From an uncultured Gammaproteobacteria bacterium (GTDB lineage: Bacteria; Pseudomonadota; Gammaproteobacteria; Xanthomonadales; SZUA-36): DNA of 64,000 bases. A program made the position numbers and the translations under genes. The stretch lies in assembly GCA_963727635.1 (NCBI GenBank), contig CAVSHP010000024.1, positions 68,818 to 132,817 on the forward strand, read 5' to 3'. Below are positions 10,577 through 21,086 of this stretch, one piece after another (the stretch's first letter is position 1; each line of letters opens with the position of its first letter). The notes beneath the pieces were generated by a model that saw only the letters and a list, made by a program, of their open reading frames with translations, was not told the DNA's origin and did not search any database.

Positions 10577-11404
10577 TTGAAAAAACTGTTTGAAAGATTT
10601 GCCGGAAAGGGTCGGGAAAACCGGCTTTATGAGCGGCCACGGACAATCTCCTCCGTTGATCAGTGCAATTTTTACCACAGCACCGATATCCCCGGTGTCG
10701 GTCTTGTCGAAGGTCAGTGGGACCTGCGTGAAGGCTTCGAAGATTACCTCGGTGGTTATGATTTCACGGGCAAAAGGGTGCTTGAAATTGGCCCCGCCAC
10801 CGGATTCCTGACGTTTGAGATCGAAAAATCTGCACGCGAAGTGGTGGCGGTTGAGTTGCCGATGGACCGCGATTTCTGGAACGCGGTGCCGTATGAAAGT
10901 CTCGGTCTTGGCCGTGGCCGGGAACAGGGCTGGACAGGGGTCGAAAAGCAGTTCCACGAACACATTGGCCGCATACGTAATGGATTCTGGTTTTGCCATG
11001 AAAGGTTTGGTTCAAACGCCCGTATCTATCACGGCTCAGCAGAAAACCTGCCTGCCTCGCTGGGCGATTTCGATGTGGTCCTGCTGGCCTCGATACTGCT
11101 TCATTCACGCTCACCGGTCGCAATTCTCGAGAGTTGTGCGCGTCTCGTGACGGGCAGCGTGATCATCACCGAGATCCACGACCCGGCGCTTGGTGAAGGA
11201 CCGGTATGTTCACTGGTGCCGACGGCCGGTAACAAGGCCTGGGATACCTGGTGGCGATTTACGCCGCGCTTCTTCACCCAGTATCTCGAAGTGCTTGGTT
11301 TTACCGAGCACAAGGTCACGTTTCACCAGCAACTGGCGGACAAGACCCCGTTGAACATGTTCACGGTCATTTCTTCGCGACCGGTGAAATCCGGAGTGGA
11401 TTGA
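10577..11404 (+). CDS. Class I SAM-dependent methyltransferase
   Basis: VLEIGPATGF glycine-rich SAM-binding motif I. Apparent TTG start. Confidence 0.65.
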   Translation: MKKLFERFAGKGRENRLYERPRTISSVDQCNFYHSTDIPGVGLVEGQWDLREGFEDYLGGYDFTGKRVLEIGPATGFLTFEIEKSAREVVAVELPMDRDFWNAVPYESLGLGRGREQGWTGVEKQFHEHIGRIRNGFWFCHERFGSNARIYHGSAENLPASLGDFDVVLLASILLHSRSPVAILESCARLVTGSVIITEIHDPALGEGPVCSLVPTAGNKAWDTWWRFTPRFFTQYLEVLGFTEHKVTFHQQLADKTPLNMFTVISSRPVKSGVD

Positions 11405-11564
11405 GCTTCATTGGATGTGTGACAGGACACTGTTTGTAAATTTAATTACGGAATGACCTTTTTAAAAAGAAATTGCAACTATGCAGCGAGAGCGTAATTT
11501 TGCCTGATCCGTGAATTCCCGTGTCCGGTCTTCTGCTGCATGAAGCTTTGTGCGAAACTGGGGT

Positions 11565-12446
11565 ATGGAAAATTTTTCATCTTTCTGGAGCTTTCAACTT
11601 TTCCGGATCGGTGACGCTGAATATACGGTCGGGCAGTTCATTTTATTGGTCTTGCTGCTCATTTTCGGCTATGCCCTGAGCAAATTTCTTGAAAACCTGT
11701 TCAGCAAGCGCCTGTCTAAAACCCAGCTTCGGCCGCACGTCATCCAGACACTGCAACGTATATTTTTCTATATTTTGATCATTGGCCTCGTGCTGTCCGC
11801 ACTGAGTCTGTTGCGTGTCCCACTGGCGTCATTTGCGTTCCTGACCGGTGCGGTGGCGATCGGAATAGGTTTTGGTGCACAGAATATTCTCAATAATTTC
11901 ATCAGTGGCTGGATCCTGATGGCCGAACAGCCCGTGCGGATAGGTGATTTCATTGAAATAGATGAACATATCGGAACCGTAGAGCGTATCGGCAACCGCT
12001 CGACACGTATCCGTCGCACCGACGGTGTTCACTTGCTGGTACCCAACAGCCAGATGCTGGAACGGGTGGTGGTCAACTGGACACTGGTCGACAAGAATAT
12101 CCGTACGCTTATCCGTATTGGTGTCGCCTATGGCTCGAATCCGCAACGCGTGGCCGAACTTTTTGAACAGGTCGTTCGTTCTGAACCGGGCGTGCTGGAA
12201 GAGCCGGCTGCACGCGTCTACTTCGAAGATTTTGGTGACAATGCACTGATATTCGATGCTATTTTCTGGAGTATGGTCGGTGGCGAGCGCGAGTTGCGGC
12301 AGATACGCAGCAATATCCGTTTTAAGATTTCCGATCTGTTTGCCGCAGAAAATATCACTATTGCGTTCCCGCAACGCGATGTGCATATCGACAGCCTCAG
12401 CCCGCTGCAAATTGAGATGGTTGAAAAGAAAACAGAGTCGGATTAA
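11565..12446 (+). CDS. Mechanosensitive ion channel, MscS family
   Basis: ATG (MENFSSFW) lies inside track ORF 11550..12446. TM helices are followed by the conserved MscS beta-domain (GAQNILNNFISGWILMAEQPVRIGDFIEI...GTVERIGNRSTRIRRTDGVHLLVPNS). Confidence 0.85.
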   Translation: MENFSSFWSFQLFRIGDAEYTVGQFILLVLLLIFGYALSKFLENLFSKRLSKTQLRPHVIQTLQRIFFYILIIGLVLSALSLLRVPLASFAFLTGAVAIGIGFGAQNILNNFISGWILMAEQPVRIGDFIEIDEHIGTVERIGNRSTRIRRTDGVHLLVPNSQMLERVVVNWTLVDKNIRTLIRIGVAYGSNPQRVAELFEQVVRSEPGVLEEPAARVYFEDFGDNALIFDAIFWSMVGGERELRQIRSNIRFKISDLFAAENITIAFPQRDVHIDSLSPLQIEMVEKKTESD

Positions 12447-12500
12447 CCCCAATAATTCATCCGGGTTCCGTTTCCATGCCTCGTGTGCCGGCGATGCTGA

Positions 12501-13283
12501 TCAGCGCGTCTTGTTTAGTTCGATTCCGGAAAGCCGGCCGCAGATTTCAATGAACTGGTCCTGTCTGTCTGTGTCGTTGGCCGCCGGGTCGGGCGCCCGC
12601 TGGCGCATGTGGTGGAAGTACTTGCCACTCACCCGTGCCGCCTCGTCATCCGAGACCGCCAGCCAGGCCTGGGTACGATAACCTTCGTCGAGGTCATCCG
12701 GCGCTTGCGGGCCGCCCATCCGGGTCGGCACCCAGCCCGGGTCAACCGCATTGGAGAAAACTCCGGGCCAATAGCGCGCGACCGCGAAGGCCAGCAGCAG
12801 GTCATGCAGCTTGGAATCCGAATAGGCCGCCGAGCTATTCCAGGCGCGCTGCTTCCACTCGATATCCACAAGCTCTGCGGTGGCGCCCCGGTGCATGCCG
12901 GAACTCAGGTAGACAAGGCGCTGCGGGCGTTCAATGAGCGCCGTGAGGATATACGGCGCCAATGCATTGACCGCAAACATATAGGGTAATCCGTCCCCGG
13001 TTTCGACGCGGCGCTTCTGGCTGTCGACATAAACACCGGCATTGTGGATGACGGCGTCGAAGCGACCGAGATTGTTGACCTGTTCGGCCACGCTGCGTGC
13101 CCCGGCGATGGTCGACAGGTCTCCCGTCACCACGGTCTCCGCGGTTGGAACACTGTGCAACGCATCGGCGGCACGGTCCTGATTTCGTGCGTGCAGTACC
13201 ACCAGGTGACCCTGGGACACCAGCAATTCCGCCGCCATCAGGCCCAGGCCAGTGGTCGAACCGGTGATAAATACGCGTGACAT
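12501..13283 (-). CDS. SDR family NAD(P)-dependent oxidoreductase
   Basis: Internal ATG giving MSRVFITGSTTGLGLMAAELL (TGxxxGxG Rossmann motif) and NAG motif (IHNAGV). Confidence 0.8.
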   Translation of the reverse strand: MSRVFITGSTTGLGLMAAELLVSQGHLVVLHARNQDRAADALHSVPTAETVVTGDLSTIAGARSVAEQVNNLGRFDAVIHNAGVYVDSQKRRVETGDGLPYMFAVNALAPYILTALIERPQRLVYLSSGMHRGATAELVDIEWKQRAWNSSAAYSDSKLHDLLLAFAVARYWPGVFSNAVDPGWVPTRMGGPQAPDDLDEGYRTQAWLAVSDDEAARVSGKYFHHMRQRAPDPAANDTDRQDQFIEICGRLSGIELNKTR

Positions 13284-13355
13284 CAAAGAACGCTCCTCTA
13301 CTTTTTTAATCATGGCTACAATCTATAAACCCGTGTTCTGATCGCGGCTAGCAAT

Positions 13356-14357
<1,002 letters not shown>

Positions 14358-14621
14358 TCATGAATGTTTCTTGATGATGGTAGCTTACCCCTGACATGCA
14401 GGACATGAAATGCAGGACACGCATATAACGGTCCAGTCGAATTCTCGCCAGACCGTTCGATTTCGCGGATCCTGGTTGTCATTCGCAATATGGCTGGATG
14501 GTATTCGACGCAGCGCCATCACACTGCGCGGGTGATAGACGTCAACTGTTCGGAGTAAGTCAGTCGTGGCGACCTGGCCACACGGTCAGGTAATTGGCAG
14601 GTCAGGCCGCCCGTTGGGGCC

Positions 14622-15176
14622 CTAGTTCAGTACCACAATCTCCACGCGCCGGTTCAGGGCGCGGCCTTCGGCCGTGTCATTCGGCGCTGCGGGTGCGTCC
14701 TCACCATATGAAATGGTTGCCATACGCTCGAGCGCCACGCCCTGTGTATGCAGTTGACGCCGGACGGACTCAGCGCGCTGCAAACCGAGTTGCTGGTTGT
14801 ACTGCGCCGGCCCGGTTGAGTCGGTGTGACCCTGGATTTCCAGGTACACGTTCTGGTTTTCGGCTTTAAGATCGCCGGCCAGCTTGGTCAGCCGCGCTTG
14901 CGCAGCGTCGGACAGGGCTGATTTGTCCGTATCGAAAGTAATTTCATTATCGGTAAACACAACCGTGTAGAGGAACTTGCCCTGGGCAAGCACGCCTGCA
15001 TCGGTCGCACGTTGCAGCGCCTGGCGGCTGGTTGCGGTCAGTTCGTTGATTCTTTCGTTCTGCTCATCCAGTCGTGTCTCCAGCCTGGCCACACTTTCGT
15101 CCACATAACCCTTGGTGGCACAGCCCGACACCGAGACAATTACGGCCGCCAGCAACATTACCCTGTTCAAATACAT
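14622..15176 (-). CDS. OmpA-family lipoprotein (peptidoglycan-associated)
   Basis: Internal start MYLNRVMLLAAVIVSVSGC (lipobox). C-terminal OmpA-like domain (GHTDSTGPAQYNQQLGLQRAESV...NRRVEIVVL). Confidence 0.85.
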   Translation of the reverse strand: MYLNRVMLLAAVIVSVSGCATKGYVDESVARLETRLDEQNERINELTATSRQALQRATDAGVLAQGKFLYTVVFTDNEITFDTDKSALSDAAQARLTKLAGDLKAENQNVYLEIQGHTDSTGPAQYNQQLGLQRAESVRRQLHTQGVALERMATISYGEDAPAAPNDTAEGRALNRRVEIVVLN

Positions 15177-15489
15177 AGTCTTTTCCTTTGCAAGTTTCGA
15201 GTGCTGAGAGATTTTTGCCCACCCCACATTGTCCACTCGCAAAGAAGAAGGAGTCTTGTCAATTTGATTAAAATTACTTAAACCGTGATCGCTCACGCAC
15301 GATTGAAGCGGGGTAATTAGATCAATGCGGAAGTTGGTTCAGACATCATGACGATTGAACGCATCAACTTTTGCCAGGGTGGGATCACCCTGATGAATGA
15401 GAAAATTCGATTTTCATCGACAGCAGTTTCCGGCCGCCTGGGAGGTAACACAGGCTTCCGGGGAGTGCGGGTAAGAGTGTGGTCAAAGG

Positions 15490-15525
15490 GCTGCCGGTTC
15501 CAACCAGTAGCCCTTTTTATTCATG
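15490..15525 (+). terminator. Rho-independent terminator-like hairpin on + strand (AAAGGGCT...AGCCCTTTTTATT), convergent with the csrA-like gene
   Basis: A GC stem (AGGGCT/AGCCCT) is followed by TTTTTATT. No + strand CDS ends here. Confidence 0.4.
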
Positions 15526-15754
15526 CGACGACGCGGCGTCGCGGGTCGACCAGCGTCCCTTCATGTTTCTTGACGCGTTGGCAAATCTCTCCCCTTTGTT
15601 TTTGAATACGTTGGAACAACGCTTCGCGGTGTATCTGCATGTCAGACAGTTCTGTGCTGTTAACCTGGTTTGTTATCACTTCTGTTACATGAACGGTGAC
15701 ATAATCCCCCAGGACAAGCGGTGTGTCTTTTGCTTCCGGTTTATTGATTATCAT
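15521..15754 (-). CDS. Divergent CsrA/RsmA-like RNA-binding protein (77 aa)
   Basis: Sub-ORF preceded by AGGAAG ribosome-binding site. MIINKPEAKDTPLVLGDYVTVHVTEVITNQVNSTELSDMQIHREALFQRIQKQ aligns with E. coli CsrA [55 protein letters not shown] (GD.VTV, NQV, HRE...QRIQ conserved). Confidence 0.5.
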   Translation of the reverse strand: MIINKPEAKDTPLVLGDYVTVHVTEVITNQVNSTELSDMQIHREALFQRIQKQRGEICQRVKKHEGTLVDPRRRVVA

Positions 15755-16142
15755 AATAAGTATCTTCCTCTTAATGGCATTATTAAGTGAGTCCGATCCT
15801 TGAACCCTGCCCCTTACATCTTGACTTTTTTGGCCTCGAGGGCGCATTAACGTGTCAATGCATCCCACGGCGACCGGCACAAATAAGCCAGATCAACATA
15901 GTTAATACAAGAAACAGGCCAATTAATTAGTTCCGATTCTAAATATTCAATTAAAACAGTGATATTTGGTTTTTTTGTAAAAAAGATCAGTTGCCGAATT
16001 GTTCACGGCTGACCGGATAAGTCAGAAAAACTGACGAAAATTGTCAGCTGGCAATGCTTTTTCAGAGGAGCGCAAGAAATTATGTGAATATTTTAGCTTA
16101 ATGGAGACCGGTGCAATTCAGCCCGGCTGCCCGGAATATTGC

Positions 16143-16832
16143 TTACCGAGAAAATATCACCAGGCAATTGAGCCGTGCTTGATCCTGTAGCAAAACGTCA
16201 AATTGTCCCAGCCCGGCCTGCTTGCCAATTGCCTCGAATGTCGACAGGGAAACGGGGAAATCGCGGGCGTGCACGTGATCGAAAAGGATTTTCTTTTCGG
16301 CATCGTGAAGTTCGGCGTAGCGTTTCCCGGCGTGATTGATCCAACGCTTGAGGTAGTGGTCGCGGGGCTCGGACTCGGCGCTGAATACATCGACCAGGGC
16401 GAAAAAACCATCCTTGCTTAACAGCTTGCAGCCGGCTTCCAGGGTGCGTTGCTTGTCCAGCGGGTCTGCCAGGTGATGCAGTGAAAAACTGGCGAGGATG
16501 ATATCGAAGGATTCGCCGATTTGCGCCATCGTTGCCAACAGGTCACCTTTTACCAAACGTCCCGGCACACGTAATTCTCCAAGACGCCGCGCAGCCAGGG
16601 CGAGCGCGACATCGGATTCGTCAATGCCCACGTAACGCTGCACGGGTACATTCGCCAGCAATGACAGGATTGGCGTCATGTCACCGCAACCCAGGTCGAG
16701 TAAGGAGACAGGGTGATCAAATCTTGCCAGTATCTCTGCCTGCAACCGGTTGAAAAAGGCATGGTGATCCATGTAGTCATGGATCAGCAGTTTTTCGTAG
16801 ATCTGCCACTCTTCAAATAATTGGTCGCCCAC
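16143..16832 (-). CDS. Class I SAM-dependent methyltransferase
   Basis: LLDLGCGDMTP motif I and DIILASFSLHHL. 229 aa. Confidence 0.75.
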   Translation of the reverse strand: MGDQLFEEWQIYEKLLIHDYMDHHAFFNRLQAEILARFDHPVSLLDLGCGDMTPILSLLANVPVQRYVGIDESDVALALAARRLGELRVPGRLVKGDLLATMAQIGESFDIILASFSLHHLADPLDKQRTLEAGCKLLSKDGFFALVDVFSAESEPRDHYLKRWINHAGKRYAELHDAEKKILFDHVHARDFPVSLSTFEAIGKQAGLGQFDVLLQDQARLNCLVIFSR

Positions 16833-16926
16833 CGTTTCCGCCTGTTTTCAAAAGAACCAAGTTTACCGCTGTGTGAGAAAGGAATGGGATACATTTATTT
16901 AAATTGAGGAATAAAGGTGTCTGGCT

Positions 16927-17120
16927 CAGTGCTGTCCCACTTAATCTGAATTTGCCATGCTCAAGTAAAAACCCCATTCAAATTTGCCGGATGTTGACCG
17001 CAATTTGACCTCGTTTTGATTTCAGCATGGGCGCCAAGGCCATGCAGTACCTTACTTCAGGACACCACAAGTCGCATATGTGGCCCCAGTGTCCCCACCA
17101 GATTAAGTGAGACAGCAGTG
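16927..17120. mobile_element. MITE (194 bp) bearing the TIRs of the IS4-family element at 36666..37940
   Basis: Ends CAGTGCTGTCCCACTTAA (16927..16944) and TTAAGTGAGACAGCAGTG (17103..17120), compared with the IS TIR CACTGCTGTCCCACTTAA. No coding capacity. The interior is related to 4814..4960. Confidence 0.75.
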
Positions 17121-17133
17121 TATCCGGCTCCTT

Positions 17134-18195
17134 TTATTCCTTCGCTTTAATGTGACTTATCATTGCCAACGGCTCGCCTTCACTCACCGGTGGTGTGCCG
17201 ACAACATAGTTCACTATCCCCGCGAAGGGTGCGCGCACTTCTGCGACCCTGTTGCCAAAGGCGTCGACGAGTTGACCCAGTAAGCCGTTTTCAGCAACCG
17301 CGTAACCATCGCGGACCGAAGCCTGGAATATGCCGGTAGCGGGACTCTTGATCACCTCGTAGCCGGTCAGCCAGACCACGCCTTCATTCTCTTCGGGTAT
17401 GCCCTTGATCATGCCAAGATGACGCATCAGGTTGGTAATGCCACGTTCCGCCAATCCGACCCAATACTGATCATTGGAGCCGAGTTGGCCGGTTTCGGTG
17501 GTGATTGCCGGAATTCCACGCGCCAGCGCTGTCTGGTCGGTGTACAGGGAAGCATCTTTTGGCAACAGCGGACCCTCGTCAATTACGATATGGTCCAGCC
17601 CGAACGCCAGCGCCATGCCGCGACAGGCGGCATCCAGTTCCGGATTGCCGATAACCGGCATGTAGACATAGGGACGCAGGGCCTCGTTGCCGTCGCCGGC
17701 GTGCAGATCAACAAGAAAATCTGCACGTTCGATCACTTGCCGCGTGATGCTGTCTGCGATGCGTTCGCTTAAAGTCCCATCCTTCTTGCCGGGAAATACG
17801 CGGTTGAGATTCTTGCCATCGACAGGGCTGGTATAGATCGTGCGTGCGTAAAACGAAGGTGGGTTGGCGATATGCACCAGAATCAGCGTACCAGAGAGAT
17901 CCTGAGTGCGAACCGATTTGCGCAGTCGTTGCAGTGCGGTGATGCCCGGGTATTCGTATCCATGGACACCGGCGATGAGGGCCAGTACCGGACCCGGGTT
18001 CTGGCCGCGGATAACCGACACCGGGATTCGCGTACCCGCGTCATTCAGGGGTTCAATATCAAGATAGCCCGAAACGGACTTCCCGGGGCCGGCCTTGATT
18101 GTACCCACGGTGAATACGTCCTGCCCGGCTGCCTCTACAGGTGTATTCAGAAAAACAACGATCAATATCAGTGGCAATACATATTGGCAAAACAT
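17134..18195 (-). CDS. Succinylglutamate desuccinylase/aspartoacylase-family (M14-like) zinc hydrolase, secreted
   Basis: Signal peptide, then LIAGVHGYEYPG (His-x-x-Glu zinc ligands) and DLHAGD motif typical of the AstE/AspA family. Confidence 0.65.
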   Translation of the reverse strand: MFCQYVLPLILIVVFLNTPVEAAGQDVFTVGTIKAGPGKSVSGYLDIEPLNDAGTRIPVSVIRGQNPGPVLALIAGVHGYEYPGITALQRLRKSVRTQDLSGTLILVHIANPPSFYARTIYTSPVDGKNLNRVFPGKKDGTLSERIADSITRQVIERADFLVDLHAGDGNEALRPYVYMPVIGNPELDAACRGMALAFGLDHIVIDEGPLLPKDASLYTDQTALARGIPAITTETGQLGSNDQYWVGLAERGITNLMRHLGMIKGIPEENEGVVWLTGYEVIKSPATGIFQASVRDGYAVAENGLLGQLVDAFGNRVAEVRAPFAGIVNYVVGTPPVSEGEPLAMISHIKAKE

Positions 18196-18430
18196 GGTTT
18201 AATCTCCAGTGCCGGGGTCAGGGCGGGCTGACCCATACGCGTAGAAACTCAAGAGTGGAAATCCGGGTGCATTTGGATTTGGTTCAATTCCCTTGAATTA
18301 CTCCATATGGAAACGGTGCGCAAGAGTTAACTTTTAGAACGTAGTAATACTCATTATCATGCTCTATACTGAAAATATATAGAATTCACGAACATATAAA
18401 GCTGTAGCGTGAATTTGAGGAGACAGGGAA

Positions 18431-18679
18431 ATGCTCGCCTACGTTGTATTGTTTTTGGTTACATTGATCATTTCAGCATTTACGATCTGGATGTGGCGAT
18501 TGGTGTCCGGTTGGAAAGTTTTCAAGCGAAACCTGGTCACCAAAGCGATAACCTCAGACAGAACAAAGCTCAAAACCAGGCAGGGCTTCACGTCTTTATT
18601 CGGAGTATCCCCCCAGCGCGCAAAATTCACTGTGCGCCGCAACTCAAATCGCGCCATCAAGGCTCCCTGGGGTTGGTAG
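18431..18679 (+). CDS. Hypothetical small single-pass membrane protein
   Basis: GAGGAG ribosome-binding site 8 nt upstream of ATG. One TM helix followed by a basic tail. No homology. Could be spurious. Confidence 0.25.
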   Translation: MLAYVVLFLVTLIISAFTIWMWRLVSGWKVFKRNLVTKAITSDRTKLKTRQGFTSLFGVSPQRAKFTVRRNSNRAIKAPWGW

Positions 18680-18914
18680 GTTTGGCTTGAGTTTTTTACC
18701 CCTGCTGTTCGAGTCTTAAAACACGCCAGATTGATCTCCTCCGTTGTACGCGATCCCCGCCATTTTAATCGACCCACGACAATCTCGCGACCGTGCGGTC
18801 CAATACTCCAGCCGCGGTGTATTCCATGCGGCAAGACAGCAAGCCGCTACACTACTTTAAGCACATGGCTGTTCATATCGGCTCACTGCTAATATGGCTT
18901 TCAACAATGGAGGT

Positions 18915-19538
18915 ATGACAATGACGAGTTACAAACTGACCTATTTCGATTTCGCTGGCGGACGTGGCGAACCCATTCGCATCGCTTTGCACGCGGCGGG
19001 GATCGACTTCGAGGACAAGCGGCTGACGTTTCCCGAGTTCAGCAAGATACGGCAGGGAACACCTTTCAATGCCTTGCCCGTTTTCGAGATCGATGGCGTG
19101 CCGGTAAGCCAGTCCAATGCCATCGGCCGTTATGTTGGCAAGCTGGCGGGTCTGTACCCGGATGACGATCTGCAGGCGCTTTACTGTGACGAAACGCTGG
19201 ACGCGGTCGAGGATGTCAGTCAGTACATCGGTCGAACGCTTGGTCTTGAAGGGGAGGAACTCCGGCTGGCGCGTGAAAAGCTGGTAGATGGCTGGCTGAC
19301 GACAATTATAAAGGGCCTTGGTGTGTTGCTGAAGCGGGGAGGCGGTCAGTACTTCGTCGACAACCGCCTGTCGATTGCCGATCTCAAAGTACTCATGTTG
19401 ACGCGCTGGCTGCGCTCGGGCGCGCTTGATCATGTGCCCAAAGACCTGGTTGATCGCATCGCGCCAAACCTGGTTGAACACCAGGTGCGTATCGACGCCG
19501 AACCGCAAGTCATCGCCTACTACGCGAGCCGCGCCTGA
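18915..19538 (+). CDS. Glutathione S-transferase
   Basis: YKLTYFDFAGGRGEPIRIALHAAGIDFED...PVFEIDGVPVSQSNAIGRYV is a classic GST N-domain with a GST C-domain. Alternative ATG at 18921. Confidence 0.85.
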   Translation: MTMTSYKLTYFDFAGGRGEPIRIALHAAGIDFEDKRLTFPEFSKIRQGTPFNALPVFEIDGVPVSQSNAIGRYVGKLAGLYPDDDLQALYCDETLDAVEDVSQYIGRTLGLEGEELRLAREKLVDGWLTTIIKGLGVLLKRGGGQYFVDNRLSIADLKVLMLTRWLRSGALDHVPKDLVDRIAPNLVEHQVRIDAEPQVIAYYASRA

Positions 19539-19580
19539 GGCTGTCAGAGCACCACTCTTTTTGATGGCTTAAATTAAATC

Positions 19581-20051
19581 CTAAGGGTTGGTCTTGGTAA
19601 TTTTTTTCTGGGTCTCGAGATAAGTGCCAAGAGCAGCCGCTCCGTACCATGGGAGCACATCAATATCGAAAACTCCGGCGGCAATGGCGGGGTCGGTTTT
19701 TAGCAGGGCCAGGGCCTCTTTGCTGGAAGGGGTGGTCAATATAAACAGACCGCGGTAGTTCAGATCGTTTTTGCCGAACGGACCGGCGACGATCAATTTA
19801 CCTTCGGCGGCCAGCCTGGAAATGTTGTCCAGGTGTCCGCGCATGAGTTTTTGTTTTTCCTGTTCGTCGGTGATGACCACGGATCCCTTTTTAAGGATGA
19901 CAAAAGAGTAGGACTTCATTCCATAGTCGTCGGCGCCGAGCGAATTCGCCAGTTCCTGGTCAAAACCGGGCTCCTGTCCATGGGCCATGCTCACAACAAA
20001 CATCAGGCTTAGCCAAAGCAGGTTATGCCAGTTAGTCTTTTTTTGTTTCAT
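19581..20051 (-). CDS. Hypothetical secreted protein (YciI-like alpha+beta barrel domain, tentative)
   Basis: Signal peptide MKQKKTNWHNLLWLSLMFVVSMAHG. The C-terminal ~100 aa resemble the YciI-like fold (GPFGKND...TTPSSKEALALLKTDP). Confidence 0.45.
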   Translation of the reverse strand: MKQKKTNWHNLLWLSLMFVVSMAHGQEPGFDQELANSLGADDYGMKSYSFVILKKGSVVITDEQEKQKLMRGHLDNISRLAAEGKLIVAGPFGKNDLNYRGLFILTTPSSKEALALLKTDPAIAAGVFDIDVLPWYGAAALGTYLETQKKITKTNP

Positions 20052-20078
20052 GGGTCACCTCAAATAAACACAATGCAG

Positions 20079-20252
20079 AAAAAGCCAGGACGGTCGCATC
20101 TCATCCATATCTTACAAGAATCGCCACCATTCACTTACCCACCCGCACATTAAAAAGTCAGAAAAGTCAGGAAACAGGAAAAGTCAGGACAGCCACGTCT
20201 CATCCTTATCTTACAAGAATCAACACCATTTGCTGACACACCCGCGCATAAA
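20079..20252. repeat. Tandem direct repeat (2 x ~75 bp, ~80% identical) with interspersed AAAAGTCAGGA(A/C) short repeats, in a divergent intergenic region
   Basis: 20079..20152 AAAAGCCAGGACGGTCGCATCTCATCCATATCTTACAAGAATCGCCACCATTCACTTACCCACCCGCACAT, compared with 20178..20252 AAAAGTCAGGACAGCCACGTCTCATCCTTATCTTACAAGAATCAACACCATTTGCTGACACACCCGCGCAT. Confidence 0.7.
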
Positions 20253-20445
20253 TCTTCCTGCATGCCAAAACCCGGATACCGCCATGTTTCAATCGAAGAC
20301 ACTTCTTGTTGCGATAGCGGAATCTAGTCCGCTGACTCATCGTCGGACGAAAGCATCGCGGTCGATTTGGCCTGGTGTGTGCGAGTGGGCTAGAATAAAT
20401 AGTGACAAGACCCGTCGAGAGACACTTTAACAACAGGAGGAAGTC

Positions 20446-20878
20446 ATGAGTCTCTTTGGAAACCTTTTTTCCAGCAAGCCGGATTATCCGGCAATCGATC
20501 CCTTCCAGCACCGCAGCCTCGAGAATCGCGGAGGTCAAAGACCAGCTCGGTGAACTCGCCGGGCAGGTCAAGGGCCCCCTCGAAGTCGTTCCCGCCAAGC
20601 ATGCCGCCTACGTATTCATCGGCAAGCCGCCGAAAAATTTCGGTCTGGCCTGGATTCATGACGGCAAGATCAGCGGTCTGAACACGCTGGTGGAGGAACA
20701 CGGCCTGAAGCCATTGGAGGTGGATAAGCTGGTAGGCCAGCTACGCGAAGCTTACCAGCGCAACGCGGACGTCAGCCGGTTCTGTACGACCGTGCAGGAT
20801 CGGGACGTGGTGGTCACGCCCTCGGCCAGGCTGGAACAGGAAGTGCACGAAATTATCGAAAAGGTAGTGCATCACTGA
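20446..20878 (+). CDS. Hypothetical protein, apparently frameshifted near the 5' end
   Basis: Strong ribosome-binding site AGGAGGAAGTC, then ATG at 20446 (MSLFGNLFSSKPDYPAIDPFQHRSL...), hitting a stop at 20551. The long ORF (to 20878) is in the +1 frame from 20456. Confidence 0.35.
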
Positions 20879-21086
20879 CCAAAGCCGGGCGCACCCATTC
20901 CCGGCGTCATGAAATGGATTTACCGGGGCCTTGAAAAAGGGAGGCTTGGGCGTGTTCACCAATATGGGTGTCCAGGCGATATTGAAGGCCAGACTCAATA
21001 ACGCTGTCTGGGTAAATAGCATTTATTCGTCCTATACTCCTTGCAGGCCCGCAGGTACTTGGCCGAACCAGGGAGAGACGCCATTT

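Noticed and set aside
10349-10999. 216-aa minus-strand ORF
   Set aside because: It is fully antisense to the methyltransferase gene 10577..11404 and has no ribosome-binding site. The sense gene has clear motifs.
15348-15605. 85-aa plus-strand ORF overlapping the csrA-like gene
   Set aside because: It has no ribosome-binding site and runs through a terminator hairpin. The region is more plausibly non-coding (see sRNA candidate).
18873-19508. 211-aa minus-strand ORF
   Set aside because: It is antisense to the glutathione S-transferase gene.
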